A stretch of 49,630 nucleotides of DNA from Thermostichus sp. DRC_bins_24. Lineage in GTDB: Bacteria; Cyanobacteriota; Cyanobacteriia; Thermostichales; Thermostichaceae. Position numbers and translations under genes: made by a program. The DNA is taken from the NCBI GenBank assembly GCA_039794845.1, contig JAUQVK010000014.1, positions 1 to 49,630 on the forward strand. Reading direction: 5' to 3'. The notes under the pieces are model-generated. The model worked only from the letters and a program-made list of their open reading frames with translations. It had not been told where the DNA came from and searched no databases. Shown here one piece after another: positions 19,747 through 29,631 of this stretch (positions are counted from its first letter, which is position 1; every line of letters begins with the position of its first letter).

Positions 19747-20646
19747 CTAGGCCAGAATCTGGATCGCTTGCTCCAAGCACCACCAGGGATCCTCCACAAA
19801 AGCAGGCATCGGAGTGCTGCCAGATTTGCCCAAAATCGCCAGCCGCACCTCTCGATCCAGACGGGATCCCGCCCCATAGGGATCCTCCGAAGGGGGGTCT
19901 AGCCGTTGCCCGAGGGGGGGCATCACCATCACACCGGGCTGCATACTCCCACCACTCACCCAAATCTTGAAGCGATCCACGGCGGCATCCATTCCTTCCG
20001 GCAGTTGCATCTGCAGCAAGTAGCGAGGGCCAGAGCCGATCAGCAGCGTTTCGTTGGGGCGCAGACGGGCGGGCAAATCCGGCTGGTAGGGGTAAACCAA
20101 ATCCACACTGTACTGCCGTTCGTCTAGGACGATGACATAGACGTGAACCGGAGTAGGAGCGTTGTTTTTCAGGGCGATGGCCAGATTGCGGCCCGCCTGG
20201 ATTTGCAGTTGTCCCTGATCGTTGCGGACCAGTGGACTGACTTCCGCCGCCGCAGAACGGCTGGCGGGGGTTTCCAGTTGCAGAAACTCCACCTCCAACA
20301 CGCTGCTGAGGGCATCGCTGGGGGGCTGAAGGTTCATAAGGTTGTCAAAGGCAGCCACATGCTCCAGCAGCCGCAACAACTTACGGGGTAGGGCCTGTAG
20401 CTTTTTAACCGGGATCCGAAAGGCTGCCAGCGCCGATGTTTCCCCGCGCCGATAGAAGTGATAGATCGCATCCGGCAGCAGTTCCACCCGCAGATCCGCT
20501 GCCTCCGGGTCTGTGTAGGTAAGCAGGGGGGAAGCCGGCAAAGCCGCCAACAACTCCGCAAGGGGCATTTGCACCCCGCTGGGATCCGCGCAGGTGAAGG
20601 CTACCCGCAACGGCTGAAATCGGATGGAAGAACTGGGGGCGATCAT
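19747..20646 (-). CDS. Hypothetical protein with an Ig-like (DUF4384-like) beta domain
   Basis: ~300-aa ORF; IALKNN..HVYVIVLD..VDLVYP..DRFKIWVS pattern. Confidence 0.6.
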   Translation of the reverse strand: MIAPSSSIRFQPLRVAFTCADPSGVQMPLAELLAALPASPLLTYTDPEAADLRVELLPDAIYHFYRRGETSALAAFRIPVKKLQALPRKLLRLLEHVAAFDNLMNLQPPSDALSSVLEVEFLQLETPASRSAAAEVSPLVRNDQGQLQIQAGRNLAIALKNNAPTPVHVYVIVLDERQYSVDLVYPYQPDLPARLRPNETLLIGSGPRYLLQMQLPEGMDAAVDRFKIWVSGGSMQPGVMVMPPLGQRLDPPSEDPYGAGSRLDREVRLAILGKSGSTPMPAFVEDPWWCLEQAIQILA

Positions 20647-20923
20647 GCAGAAAATCTCAATCCATTCAGGGCTGCTGTGCAGACAAGCCAAGCTTCATGT
20701 TACCTGTAGGCTACGGCAGGATCGGATCCCGGCTGAAAGGCTGGGAAGCGGCATCGAGTCCGCAATCAAACTTAACACTAATGGCAAATGGAACGGATTG
20801 TGAAACTGGCCCAGGATCCCGTCTGCAAATGATCTCTTAATGGTCTATTCTTGATCCTGTTGTCGGGTTTGTGGCCGGGGTGGAGCTGATCCCTCCCCTT
20901 CTCAGATTGCTCTACGGAGAACC

Positions 20924-21481
20924 ATGTTTAGCAAATCTTTTTCTTTTCAAAAGCTGTTCACGCTGGCGCGCCGTCGGCTCTTGGCCCTCATCTTGATTGC
21001 GTTGGTGGCTGTGGTTGGCTGGGGGCTAGTTCCGGTGTTCGCAGCTGCTGCAGCTGCCGCTAAAGATATTCCCGCCGTCGCGTTGTCGCCGACCGAATCC
21101 ATCACCTTCACGGAACGGGAGTTGGCCAAGGGTAAGAAGCTCTTTGCTTCCACCTGTGCCCAGTGCCACATTGGCGGTCAAACCTACCCCAACCCGGATG
21201 TGAGCCTGAAGCTCTCGGATTTGGAGGGGGCAACTCCACCCCGCGATAATGTGTTGGCGATTGTCGACTACGTTAAAAACCCCGTCACCTATGACGGGAT
21301 GGAATCCTTGCTGGAATACCACCCCAACACCCAGCTCACCAGCGAGTACCCGCGGCTGCGCAACCTAAGTGACGAAGACCTGAAATTGATCGCAGGCTAT
21401 ATTCTGGTGCAGGCGAAAACCTTGCCCGGTTGGGGCGGTACCAAGAGCGAAAGCCACAGCGACTTGGCGGGTTATCTCTAA
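20924..21481 (+). CDS. psbV: Photosystem II cytochrome c-550
   Basis: Signal peptide, CAQCH heme motif, GATPPRDN, distal His in EYHPN. Confidence 0.92.
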   Translation: MFSKSFSFQKLFTLARRRLLALILIALVAVVGWGLVPVFAAAAAAAKDIPAVALSPTESITFTERELAKGKKLFASTCAQCHIGGQTYPNPDVSLKLSDLEGATPPRDNVLAIVDYVKNPVTYDGMESLLEYHPNTQLTSEYPRLRNLSDEDLKLIAGYILVQAKTLPGWGGTKSESHSDLAGYL

Positions 21482-22039
21482 ATGTCCCGTCTTGGTCAAA
21501 AGTTCCCGATGCAACTGGGGATCCCGTCTCGCCTTTGGGTGTGGGTCGGGATCCTTGCCCTACTGTGGTTGGGACTCTCTAGCCCGGTGGCCGCCCGCAT
21601 CGACACCTATGTGAACCAATACTTGCGGGTAAGTGGCCCGGTGGAGCTGCCTTGGGATGCAGAAGGACATACCCTTACCTTCACGCCCGAACAGCTCACA
21701 GATGGTAAAAATCGGTTTCAGTCCGCCTGCTTGAACTGTCACGTGGGCGGTGCCACTCTGCCTGCCCCCAACATTTCCCTTTCTCTGCAAGACTTGCGCG
21801 GAGCCACCCCTCCCCGAGATACAATTCGGGCTTTGGTGGAGTACCAGCGGGATCCCCTTAGCTATGATGGCTCCGACTTCAGCTACGGATGTCGCCCGGT
21901 GCCCCCTTCCTGGATGGATGACGAGGCTCTACAAAACCTGGCTGCCTTTGTTCTCAGGGCGGCCCAAGTTGCCCCCGGCTGGGGATCCAACGATCTAATG
22001 GCTCCCCAGGCTATGCCAAGCACGACCCCTGTCGGTTAG
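21482..22039 (+). CDS. psbV2: Cytochrome c-550-like protein PsbV2
   Basis: CLNCHVGGATL, GATPPRDT, SYDG and APGWG; directly abuts psbV. Confidence 0.9.
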   Translation: MSRLGQKFPMQLGIPSRLWVWVGILALLWLGLSSPVAARIDTYVNQYLRVSGPVELPWDAEGHTLTFTPEQLTDGKNRFQSACLNCHVGGATLPAPNISLSLQDLRGATPPRDTIRALVEYQRDPLSYDGSDFSYGCRPVPPSWMDDEALQNLAAFVLRAAQVAPGWGSNDLMAPQAMPSTTPVG

Positions 22040-22248
22040 GGGCTGCTTTCTGTCGGAGTGGGAGGGGTACTCCGGTGTACTTGAAGATGCACTTGAAGAT
22101 GCGGAAAGATACGGGCACCTTTTGTCTGCCCCTTCCTTGACTTTGCCGCAGTTCACAGGGGATCCCTCTCCCTACTGGGCTGTGCGGTGTCGCTCTCCGG
22201 CTGGGGCGGGGCGAGAATGATAGCCTAGGGGGATGGGAGGTTAACGCC

Positions 22249-22737
22249 ATGCTGAGACACATCCGCCTTGTGCTCCTGGGCCTATGGGCACTGATCCTAC
22301 TGATTCTGCTCATCCAAAACTGGGGATCCCCGGTGACGGTGGTGGTGGGTGGGCAGTCGGGAGCCCCGGTGCCTTTGTCGTTGGTCTTGTTGGTCTCCTA
22401 CGGGGTGGGGGTTGGGCTAGGGCTTCTGTACGTGGGCTCTTGGCAGCTTCACGATCGGGCTGTGCAACGGCAGGCAATCCGCAAGTTGAATCAGTTGATC
22501 GACCGGGTTAGCTTTCTAGAATCCCAGACAGCTCCTCCTAGCTATTACCTGCCCCAAGACTTGCCCGAACCGGAATACACTCCGGATCCTTACGCGGGTC
22601 GATACTCCTACTCCAATATTCCGCCGGAACGCATTCGGGAACCCGAATCCCCTGAGGAGGAAAGTGACGCTCCTACTCCTGACTGGCGGGTGGCCAATCG
22701 GCCCTATGCCGACGAGGAGGAAGAATGGGACTCTTGA
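22249..22737 (+). CDS. LapA/DUF1049-like membrane protein with acidic tail
   Basis: Two TM helices with the IQN..PLSLVLL..G.G.G pattern, then a coiled-coil and low-complexity tail. Confidence 0.65.
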   Translation: MLRHIRLVLLGLWALILLILLIQNWGSPVTVVVGGQSGAPVPLSLVLLVSYGVGVGLGLLYVGSWQLHDRAVQRQAIRKLNQLIDRVSFLESQTAPPSYYLPQDLPEPEYTPDPYAGRYSYSNIPPERIREPESPEEESDAPTPDWRVANRPYADEEEEWDS

Positions 22738-23633
22738 ACTGGCTGAACCCTCCTAAGCCTGTAGCGGTTGACCCCCTGCCTGAGCCAACCCCTTTGCCCC
22801 ATCCCTTGGGGCGGAATAACTACCTTTTGATCATTCTGGACAGTTGCCGCTTCGACAGCCTGCTGGCGGCCCATCCCAAGCACCTGCTGAAATTGGGATC
22901 CCTGGAGAAACGCTGGAGCTATGCCTCGTGGACGGCTCCGTCCCACTACAACCTGCTCATGGGTTTGCTGCCCCATACCAGCCCCCCACAGGTTTTTGCC
23001 TCCGAGCACTACAAACAAGATTATCTGCGCTACAACGAGCGCCTGGGCACCCAGCAGCCCATCGAGTTCAAGCATCTGTTGCCCCACCTGTATTTGCCCA
23101 CCCTACTGAAGCATCAGCTGGGCTACAGCACCCACGCCATGGTGTCTTTGCCCGTGCTGAATCCCAATACCTTGCTCAACCGTGACTTCGATTCTTACCG
23201 CCTCATGCCTCAACACAACGACATGGCGGCTATGGTGGAACAGCTGCAGTTTGATCCGGAGCGGCCCAGCTTTTATCTGTTAAACGTGGGGGAAACCCAT
23301 TATCCTTACGCCCTGCCGGATCAGGATCCCAGCCTTTGGCCGCGCATTTCTGGGGTGAATGGGGTACTGAAGCGCCTGGATGAACCTGGAGAGGCAGGGA
23401 TCCCCTTTTTTGAGCCGGCCACGCTGGAGGAGCTGCGACAGCGACAGATCGAGGCCGTGCGTTATCTGGATGGGATCTTCGAGCAACTGTTTGATCTGGT
23501 GCCCGAAAACACCTACATCACCGTCACCGCCGATCACGGCGAACTCTTCGGTGAAGGGGGCTACTTCGGCCATGGTCCCATTCACCATGAAAAAGTGCTA
23601 GAAGTGCCTTTCATCGAGGGCAAAATCCGCTGA
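22725..23633 (+). CDS. Alkaline-phosphatase/sulfatase superfamily metalloenzyme
   Basis: ILDSCRFD, SWTAPSH, ETHYPY, TADHGE, GHG and VPF motifs. Confidence 0.82.
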   Translation: MGLLNWLNPPKPVAVDPLPEPTPLPHPLGRNNYLLIILDSCRFDSLLAAHPKHLLKLGSLEKRWSYASWTAPSHYNLLMGLLPHTSPPQVFASEHYKQDYLRYNERLGTQQPIEFKHLLPHLYLPTLLKHQLGYSTHAMVSLPVLNPNTLLNRDFDSYRLMPQHNDMAAMVEQLQFDPERPSFYLLNVGETHYPYALPDQDPSLWPRISGVNGVLKRLDEPGEAGIPFFEPATLEELRQRQIEAVRYLDGIFEQLFDLVPENTYITVTADHGELFGEGGYFGHGPIHHEKVLEVPFIEGKIR

Positions 23634-23657
23634 GGCAGAGCAGAACAGGGATCCCGG

Positions 23658-24365
23658 CTACACCAGCGTATTGGGATCTATCCCCTGCTGACGCAGATAG
23701 TCGGCTAACCGTTCCACCCGTTGGCGCTCCTGTTCCAACCATTCAGTACCCCAGAGCAGCAGCTCACCGTCGAGAGTCCACCACCGCAGCCAATAACCGC
23801 TCCGAGCTTCTTTGCTCCCTTGCCAAACCCCCAGTTCCAGTTGCAGAGGTGGAATTGGATACCGCCCGTTGGCTTGGTGGAGCAGAAGTTGGTAGCGCCC
23901 CTCCTCAAGGTGGTAGACCTCTAAGTTGCCAGGGGTTGGGTCAAACAAAACGTAAAAAGGAACCTGCAGCACCTGCTCGTAGAAAAACCACTTGCCGGGT
24001 GGGTAGGTGGGCTTGGCGGAATATTCGCCTCCATCGGTATCTGAGAGAAATTCCATTACCACAGCGGGTACGGATCCCTCTAGGTGGGGGGTGTAGCTGC
24101 GTCGATCGCCCCTCACCGGTTGCACGGGGCTGGCCCAAAACCAATCAGGTGCTTTGATCACCAACTGGCCGGCCAACGTGGCACAAATGCCCAAGTTGAT
24201 GCCCACCAATCGATCGGGAGCAAGATAACCTGCCAGTTCCAATGCCTCCGATAAGGCTCCGGCAATCAGGGGGTGCCCTGTGCTTTCCACGGGTTCTTCC
24301 ACTGGGATCCAATCTTCAGGAGGCTTTTCCCAGGTAATGGTGAGAGGTTGAGCCGCAACAACCAT
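23658..24365 (-). CDS. Uma2 (DUF820) family endonuclease-fold protein
   Basis: APDWFW, VVMEFLS, KWFFYEQVLQVPFYVLFDP; C-terminal ERQRVERLA tail. Confidence 0.88.
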   Translation of the reverse strand: MVVAAQPLTITWEKPPEDWIPVEEPVESTGHPLIAGALSEALELAGYLAPDRLVGINLGICATLAGQLVIKAPDWFWASPVQPVRGDRRSYTPHLEGSVPAVVMEFLSDTDGGEYSAKPTYPPGKWFFYEQVLQVPFYVLFDPTPGNLEVYHLEEGRYQLLLHQANGRYPIPPLQLELGVWQGSKEARSGYWLRWWTLDGELLLWGTEWLEQERQRVERLADYLRQQGIDPNTLV

Positions 24366-24464
24366 GGCGCTTAACACCTCTGATAGGAAAGCTCGGGGAG
24401 CAACTTCACCCTAGCAAGTTCTCCCGGAAAACCCAGGGTTCACGGGGTTTGTGCTCAGGATCCC

Positions 24465-25601
24465 TCAGGGATGCTGTTGTTTGGCCTGCTGCCAAAGGGC
24501 TTCGAGCTGTTCGAGCGTGCGACCCTTAAGGGGATTGGATGAGCCTGCCCCATTCTCGCTGGGTTGAGGGTCATCGGTAGGATTGGGAGCCTCTAGGAGG
24601 CCACCGGATCCTATCTCTGCCTGTTCCCGAGCCAGCTCTTCCATGCGCAAAAACCGACGGGCAAAGCGCAGGTTGGTCTGGGCAAGGGCTTGGGCGGCAT
24701 CCAGCCCATACCAACGACCCAAGTTGACCAGGGCAAACAACAAATCCCCCAGTTCGGCCTCCTGCCGAGTCGGGTTTGGGGAAACACTCTCCAGCTCTTG
24801 GCGCAGTTCAGCTTCCTCCTCACGGACTTTGGCCCAGATGCCCTCCACCTGCGGCCACTCAAACCCAGCCCCCACCACTTTGCGGGAAATCTTCAGGGCA
24901 GCCATCAAGGGGGGCAAACTTTGGGCATAGTGCAGTAGCTTTTGACCTAGGGTTCGATCCGGTTGCTCAGTTTGCTTGATGTCTTCCCAAGTCCGGTGAA
25001 GCTCCGGTAGATCCGCAATCACGGCATCTCCGAACACATGGGGGTGACGGCGGACCAGTTTATCGGCAATGCCTGCCGCCACAGCCTCCAGATCAAAGTG
25101 TCTCCGCTCCGCGAAGATCTGAGACTGCAACACCACCTGCAACAGCAAATCCCCCAGTTCGTCGGCAATCGCCGCGGGATCCCCTGTTCGAATGGCGGCT
25201 ACCGTCTCATAGGCTTCTTCGAGAATGTAGGAAGTGAGGGATTCTGGCGTTTGGGCGCGATCCCAGGGGCATCCGTTCGGGGCACGCAACTGAGCGACAA
25301 TGGCAGCCAAACGGCTCATGTGCCGAGAAGAAGAAACCCGCTCCAGGTAAAGATGGGCAAACGGCACCGGGGCTTGGGCTTCCCAGCTTTTTAACGTCAG
25401 TGGGCCGGCCACCACCTCAAGACTTTCCGCCAGCAAGGTTAAAGGTTGGTCGGGCAGACAAACCGCCCGTAGGGCGCTGCGTAACCCCACCGGATCCATC
25501 GCTCCACAACTTTTGAGCAATAGGGATCCCTGCCCGGCCAGCGACCACCGTGTCAGATGCTGTTGCCAGCTGGGCTGAAGACTATCCAGCGTTTGCAGCA
25601 T
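24465..25601 (-). CDS. mazG: Nucleoside triphosphate pyrophosphohydrolase MazG
   Basis: GCPWDRAQT, EEAYE, DELGDLLLQV, KLVRRHPHVFG and a second ELGDLLF. Confidence 0.92.
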   Translation of the reverse strand: MLQTLDSLQPSWQQHLTRWSLAGQGSLLLKSCGAMDPVGLRSALRAVCLPDQPLTLLAESLEVVAGPLTLKSWEAQAPVPFAHLYLERVSSSRHMSRLAAIVAQLRAPNGCPWDRAQTPESLTSYILEEAYETVAAIRTGDPAAIADELGDLLLQVVLQSQIFAERRHFDLEAVAAGIADKLVRRHPHVFGDAVIADLPELHRTWEDIKQTEQPDRTLGQKLLHYAQSLPPLMAALKISRKVVGAGFEWPQVEGIWAKVREEEAELRQELESVSPNPTRQEAELGDLLFALVNLGRWYGLDAAQALAQTNLRFARRFLRMEELAREQAEIGSGGLLEAPNPTDDPQPSENGAGSSNPLKGRTLEQLEALWQQAKQQHP

Positions 25602-25803
25602 GATCAAAAGGGTAGGTGCGACCCAGATCCAAGAGGCGGCGGAGCTGCTCGAGGTCGATAAAACTCAGCTCCAGAAGGATCATCAGCAACGGCCCCTGCT
25701 GGCGATGCTGCAATTTTTTGGCGAGGCTCAGCTGAGAGCGGTCGATGATACCCGTTTCTAGGAGATATTCCTCAAGAGCGGGCGGGGGAATGGGATCCAA
25801 CAT
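25582..25803 (-). CDS. DUF2949-like small protein
   Basis: 73 aa with QGPLLMILLELSFIDLEQL, resembling the cyanobacterial DUF2949 pattern. Confidence 0.6.
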   Translation of the reverse strand: MLDPIPPPALEEYLLETGIIDRSQLSLAKKLQHRQQGPLLMILLELSFIDLEQLRRLLDLGRTYPFDHAANAG

Positions 25804-26365
25804 AGTCGTTTCAGAGTACCGAAGAGGGATGACGAGGAAAACTGAGAAAATAGCAAACTAATGTAACTATTCTTAACACTCTTTCGGAACTTCGGCAAAG
25901 ATCTGGCTGGCGAATGGGCCAAAGGAAGCTTGCCAAAACCTCCATCCACAATCTGACGGTGAAAAAACCTGAGTTGTGGCGGCAAATGGAGTTTCTGTAT
26001 TTACTGCTACAAAAACGGTTCAAAAAAGAGGTTACGGGATCATAGCAAGTTTGGAGCCAATTAGCAGTATCCTAAGCGGCCATCCCTTTTCTCTCTTCCG
26101 AGAAGCTACGCAACCTTGACAAGAGGTCCTTCTGTCAGTTCGTCAATTCCGGGATTGGGATAAAGTTTTACATTTACTCTTCGGGGATCTGACTCGCCGC
26201 AGGCTCTGGAAATCTATCCAGCAGAGGCTTTGGCGGGTTACCCCTTGTTGACCGGGGTTTTTGAGATCCACCCGGCTGTCGGTTGCCGAGTCTGGATCGG
26301 GGGTCGAATATTCACAATTCTTTATCTTTGTTAAGCTAGGAAAGATGGTGCTCAGGGAGCCATTC

Positions 26366-26602
26366 ATGTCTGAAGCCCAAGATCTGCTGCCGGTGGGGGC
26401 AACGGTTCAGGTAGTGGAGATGCCCCCCTATTTGAAAACCGCCGACCCGATGCCGATGTTGCGCTCGGCCCATTTGATCCGGTTACACGAACAAGGGGTG
26501 ATCCTGCAGCGACGGCTGTTGGGCACCTACAGTGTGCAGTTTGCCAACGGTATCTTTTTGATCGATGGGAAGTATCTCGCTCCGGTGGGATCCCTTTCCT
26601 GA
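26366..26602 (+). CDS. sipA: NblS-interacting protein SipA (DUF3148)
   Basis: PPYLKTADPMPMLR signature. Confidence 0.82.
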   Translation: MSEAQDLLPVGATVQVVEMPPYLKTADPMPMLRSAHLIRLHEQGVILQRRLLGTYSVQFANGIFLIDGKYLAPVGSLS

Positions 26603-26814
26603 GGAATTCTTGATCCTTTGGGGGCTTGGGGATGCCTAAAGCTTTCGGGAAAAGAGGGGCTTGAGCCTGCCGGCAAACTTTCGCGGTAGATTAAAGTGTG
26701 CCGGTTGCCGTTGAGTCCAGATCTGGCTCGGCGGGTGGGATCTACCCCGACTTGCGGTGGTTTGTTGCCCGGCCCTGACCTTTTTCCCTGCATTCCATAA
26801 GGCTAGCGTTGCCC

Positions 26815-28395
26815 ATGCCCAAAGTTATTGTCACAGATCCCATCGATCAGGCGGGAATTGATATTCTTTCCCAAGTGGCTCAGGTGGAGGTACAAACTCA
26901 GCTCTCCCCCGAGCAGTTGATCGCTGCCATTCCCGACTACGATGCCATCATGGTGCGCTCCGGTACACGGGTCACCCGTGAGGTGATTGAAGCGGGGACG
27001 AAGTTGAAGATCATTGGTCGTGCAGGCGTCGGTGTAGACAACATTGATGTAGCTGCTGCAACCAAAGCCGGGATCCTCGTCGTCAATTCCCCGGAAGGCA
27101 ACACCATTGCCGCTGCCGAGCATGCCATCGCCCTGATGATGGCTCTCTCGCGCCACATACCAGATGCCAATGCTTCTCTCAAGTCGGGCCTGTGGAAGCG
27201 GCAGGAGTTTGTCGGGGTGGAAGTCTATAAAAAAACCCTGGGGATCGTCGGGTTGGGCCGGATTGGCTCCCATGTGGCGCAGATCGCCAGGGCCATGGGC
27301 ATGAAGCTGCTGGCCTTCGACCCCTACCTTTCTGTGGAACGGGCAGAGCAGCTGGGGGCGCGCCTGGTGGATTTCAAAACCCTGGTGCAGGAGTCCGACT
27401 ACATCACCCTCCACATTCCCAAAACCCCCGAGACAACCCACCTCTTCAACGCGGAAATCTTCAGCCTAATGAAGCCGACCGCCCGCCTGATCAACTGCGC
27501 CCGGGGTGGATTAATCGACGAGCAAGCCCTCTACGAAGCCCTTAGGTCTGGCCAAATCGCAGGGGCGGCTTTGGATGTGTTTGCCACCGAACCCCTGAAA
27601 GAGTCGCCGCTGTTTTCCCTGGGCAAAGAGGTGCTGCTCACCCCCCACTTGGGGGCCTCTACCGAAGAAGCCCAGGTGAATGTGGCCATCGATGTGGCGG
27701 AACAGATCCGCGATGTGTTGTTGGGGTTGCCGGCCCGTTCGGCAGTGAATATCCCCGGGTTGCAGGCGGAGGTGCTTCAAAATCTCAAGCCCTATCTGGA
27801 TTTGGCAGAAACCCTGGGCAACTTGGTCGGCCAGTTGGCCGGGGATCGCGTCAATCAATTGGAGATCCGCTTGCAGGGGGATTTGGCAGAAAAAGATGGC
27901 CAGCCGATCATCGTGGCCGCCTTGAAGGGGTTGCTCACCCTTGCTTTGCGGGAGCGGGTTAACTATGTCAATGCCTCTATCGAGGCCAAAGAACGGGGCA
28001 TTCGGGTGGTGGAAACCCGGGATCCGGCCCTGAAGGATTATTCGGGATCCCTGGCCCTGATCGCCCATGGCCCCAATGGGATCCGATCCGTCTCGGGAGC
28101 CTTGATCGGTGAACGGGAAGTGCGGGTCACCCAGATCGATGAGTTCCCCATTAACGTTCCGCCTTCCGCCAACATGCTCATGACCCTGCACCGGGATATG
28201 CCGGGGATCATCGGCCGCATTGGGGCGCTGCTGGGGGCTTACAACGTCAACATCGCCAGTATGCAGGTGGGCCGCAAGTTGATCCGCGGTGAAGCCGTGA
28301 TGGTGCTTAGCTTGGACGACCCGCTACCGGATGGAATCATCGAGGAAGTGCTGAAGCAGCCGGGCATTCGGGATGCCTTCGTGGTCAACCTGTAG
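26815..28395 (+). CDS. serA: D-3-phosphoglycerate dehydrogenase
   Basis: RAGVGVDNID, GLGRIG, NCARGG, TPHLGAST and a C-terminal ACT domain. Confidence 0.96.
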   Translation: MPKVIVTDPIDQAGIDILSQVAQVEVQTQLSPEQLIAAIPDYDAIMVRSGTRVTREVIEAGTKLKIIGRAGVGVDNIDVAAATKAGILVVNSPEGNTIAAAEHAIALMMALSRHIPDANASLKSGLWKRQEFVGVEVYKKTLGIVGLGRIGSHVAQIARAMGMKLLAFDPYLSVERAEQLGARLVDFKTLVQESDYITLHIPKTPETTHLFNAEIFSLMKPTARLINCARGGLIDEQALYEALRSGQIAGAALDVFATEPLKESPLFSLGKEVLLTPHLGASTEEAQVNVAIDVAEQIRDVLLGLPARSAVNIPGLQAEVLQNLKPYLDLAETLGNLVGQLAGDRVNQLEIRLQGDLAEKDGQPIIVAALKGLLTLALRERVNYVNASIEAKERGIRVVETRDPALKDYSGSLALIAHGPNGIRSVSGALIGEREVRVTQIDEFPINVPPSANMLMTLHRDMPGIIGRIGALLGAYNVNIASMQVGRKLIRGEAVMVLSLDDPLPDGIIEEVLKQPGIRDAFVVNL

Positions 28396-28517
28396 AGAAA
28401 GGTAGAGAAAGATCGCGTGGGGAACCGGCCAAACTGGGGGATCCACTCCCTGCGAAAATAGAACGATAAAGATCGCATAAAGATCGAAGGAAACAGAACA
28501 TTCATCCTGAATGCTGA

Positions 28518-29123
28518 ATGAGGGCTTTGTCTGGGACACCTCCCGATTCTGACCTATGCACCTTAGCCAGCTGGCTAGCGGGTTACTACAGCAACCGTGC
28601 GCAGGCGATGGCAGAACCGGTGTGGTTTGTGCCGGTGAGCCTTTGGTACGTGCGGCTCCCCGATGTGTTTTCCCAAGGGATCGGCTTTTTTACCGAACAA
28701 TTCAATCAACACACGCCGGGCCGGTTTTACCGCAGTCGGGTGCTGCAGCTGCTGGCGGATCCCTTGCGGATTGAGAACTACAAATTGCTGGATCAAACGG
28801 CTTGGGCAGGTGCCTCTCAAGATCCGCAGCGGTTGGCACAGTTATCTTTAGCAGATGTCGAGCATCTACCGGGCTGTCGCATCCTGGTGCAGAAACGCCC
28901 AGACTGCTACCACGGCGAAATGCTACCGGGAGGGGGGTGCCGCCTTAACCCCGGCGATAACAGCTATATCCACATCGAATTTGACCTCACTTCAACCGAA
29001 TTCATCACCTGGGATCGTGGTTTCGACGTCAACACCGGCCAACAAACCTGGGGATCCCGCGCCGGCCCCTACCGCTACCGAAAAGGGATCCCTCCGGCCC
29101 CGGTGGCCCCTCTGCGGATCTGA
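28518..29123 (+). CDS. cpcT: Phycobiliprotein chromophore lyase CpcT/CpeT family
   Basis: LAGYYSNRAQA, YRSRVL, WDRGFD and WGS..GPY motifs. Confidence 0.88.
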   Translation: MRALSGTPPDSDLCTLASWLAGYYSNRAQAMAEPVWFVPVSLWYVRLPDVFSQGIGFFTEQFNQHTPGRFYRSRVLQLLADPLRIENYKLLDQTAWAGASQDPQRLAQLSLADVEHLPGCRILVQKRPDCYHGEMLPGGGCRLNPGDNSYIHIEFDLTSTEFITWDRGFDVNTGQQTWGSRAGPYRYRKGIPPAPVAPLRI

Positions 29124-29125
29124 GC

Positions 29126-29485
29126 CTAGAACAAAAACGGGAACAGATCTCGAAAGCCCCTGCGTAGCTTCAGCAGAAAGATCAACTGCTCCACTTCTGG
29201 GGAAACCGATCCCGCTTCAGGCTGGGCTGCCAAGGCCTCCTGTAACTCCAGAAGTTCACCGGCGGAAAGCGGCTGGTTATCCACGGGAGAGCGGGCCCGC
29301 AAATCGGGTTGTACCCGCAACACTTCTTCGGGGATCTCAGAGGCAGGGGGGAGAGCCAGGGCTCCGTCCATCGGGCTTGCGAGGAGCAACAGCAAACCGC
29401 CCCATCGACCGAGCATTCTGATGCGGCGTTGTCGGCTGACCTGGCCGGATCCTTTGTCTGTTTCAGAGGCAATCTGGATATCCAT
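29126..29485 (-). CDS. Conserved cyanobacterial hypothetical protein (exported?)
   Basis: ALPP.SEIPEEVLR, ARSPVD.QPLS and IFLLKLR pattern after a signal-like N-terminus. Confidence 0.7.
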   Translation of the reverse strand: MDIQIASETDKGSGQVSRQRRIRMLGRWGGLLLLLASPMDGALALPPASEIPEEVLRVQPDLRARSPVDNQPLSAGELLELQEALAAQPEAGSVSPEVEQLIFLLKLRRGFRDLFPFLF

Positions 29486-29631
29486 TCTCCAAAGAGTTAC
29501 AGTTCTTTACGCCCAGGGCATGCTAGTGGGTTCGCCCATGGCGGCCCATAGGGCACTGCCAATCCCATACAACAACAAGGTTATAAAGGTTGAGACCTAC
29601 CTCCCGGAAGGCTTGGGAAGCACAACTTCTT

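Noticed and set aside
23658..25803. Anti-phage defence island (Uma2 + MazG)
   Set aside because: This MazG is the two-domain housekeeping type, Uma2 genes are scattered in many copies in cyanobacteria, and the composition is host-like.
26261..26602. ndhO assignment for the small SH3-like ORF
   Set aside because: The PPYLKTADPMPMLR motif matches SipA/DUF3148, not NdhO.
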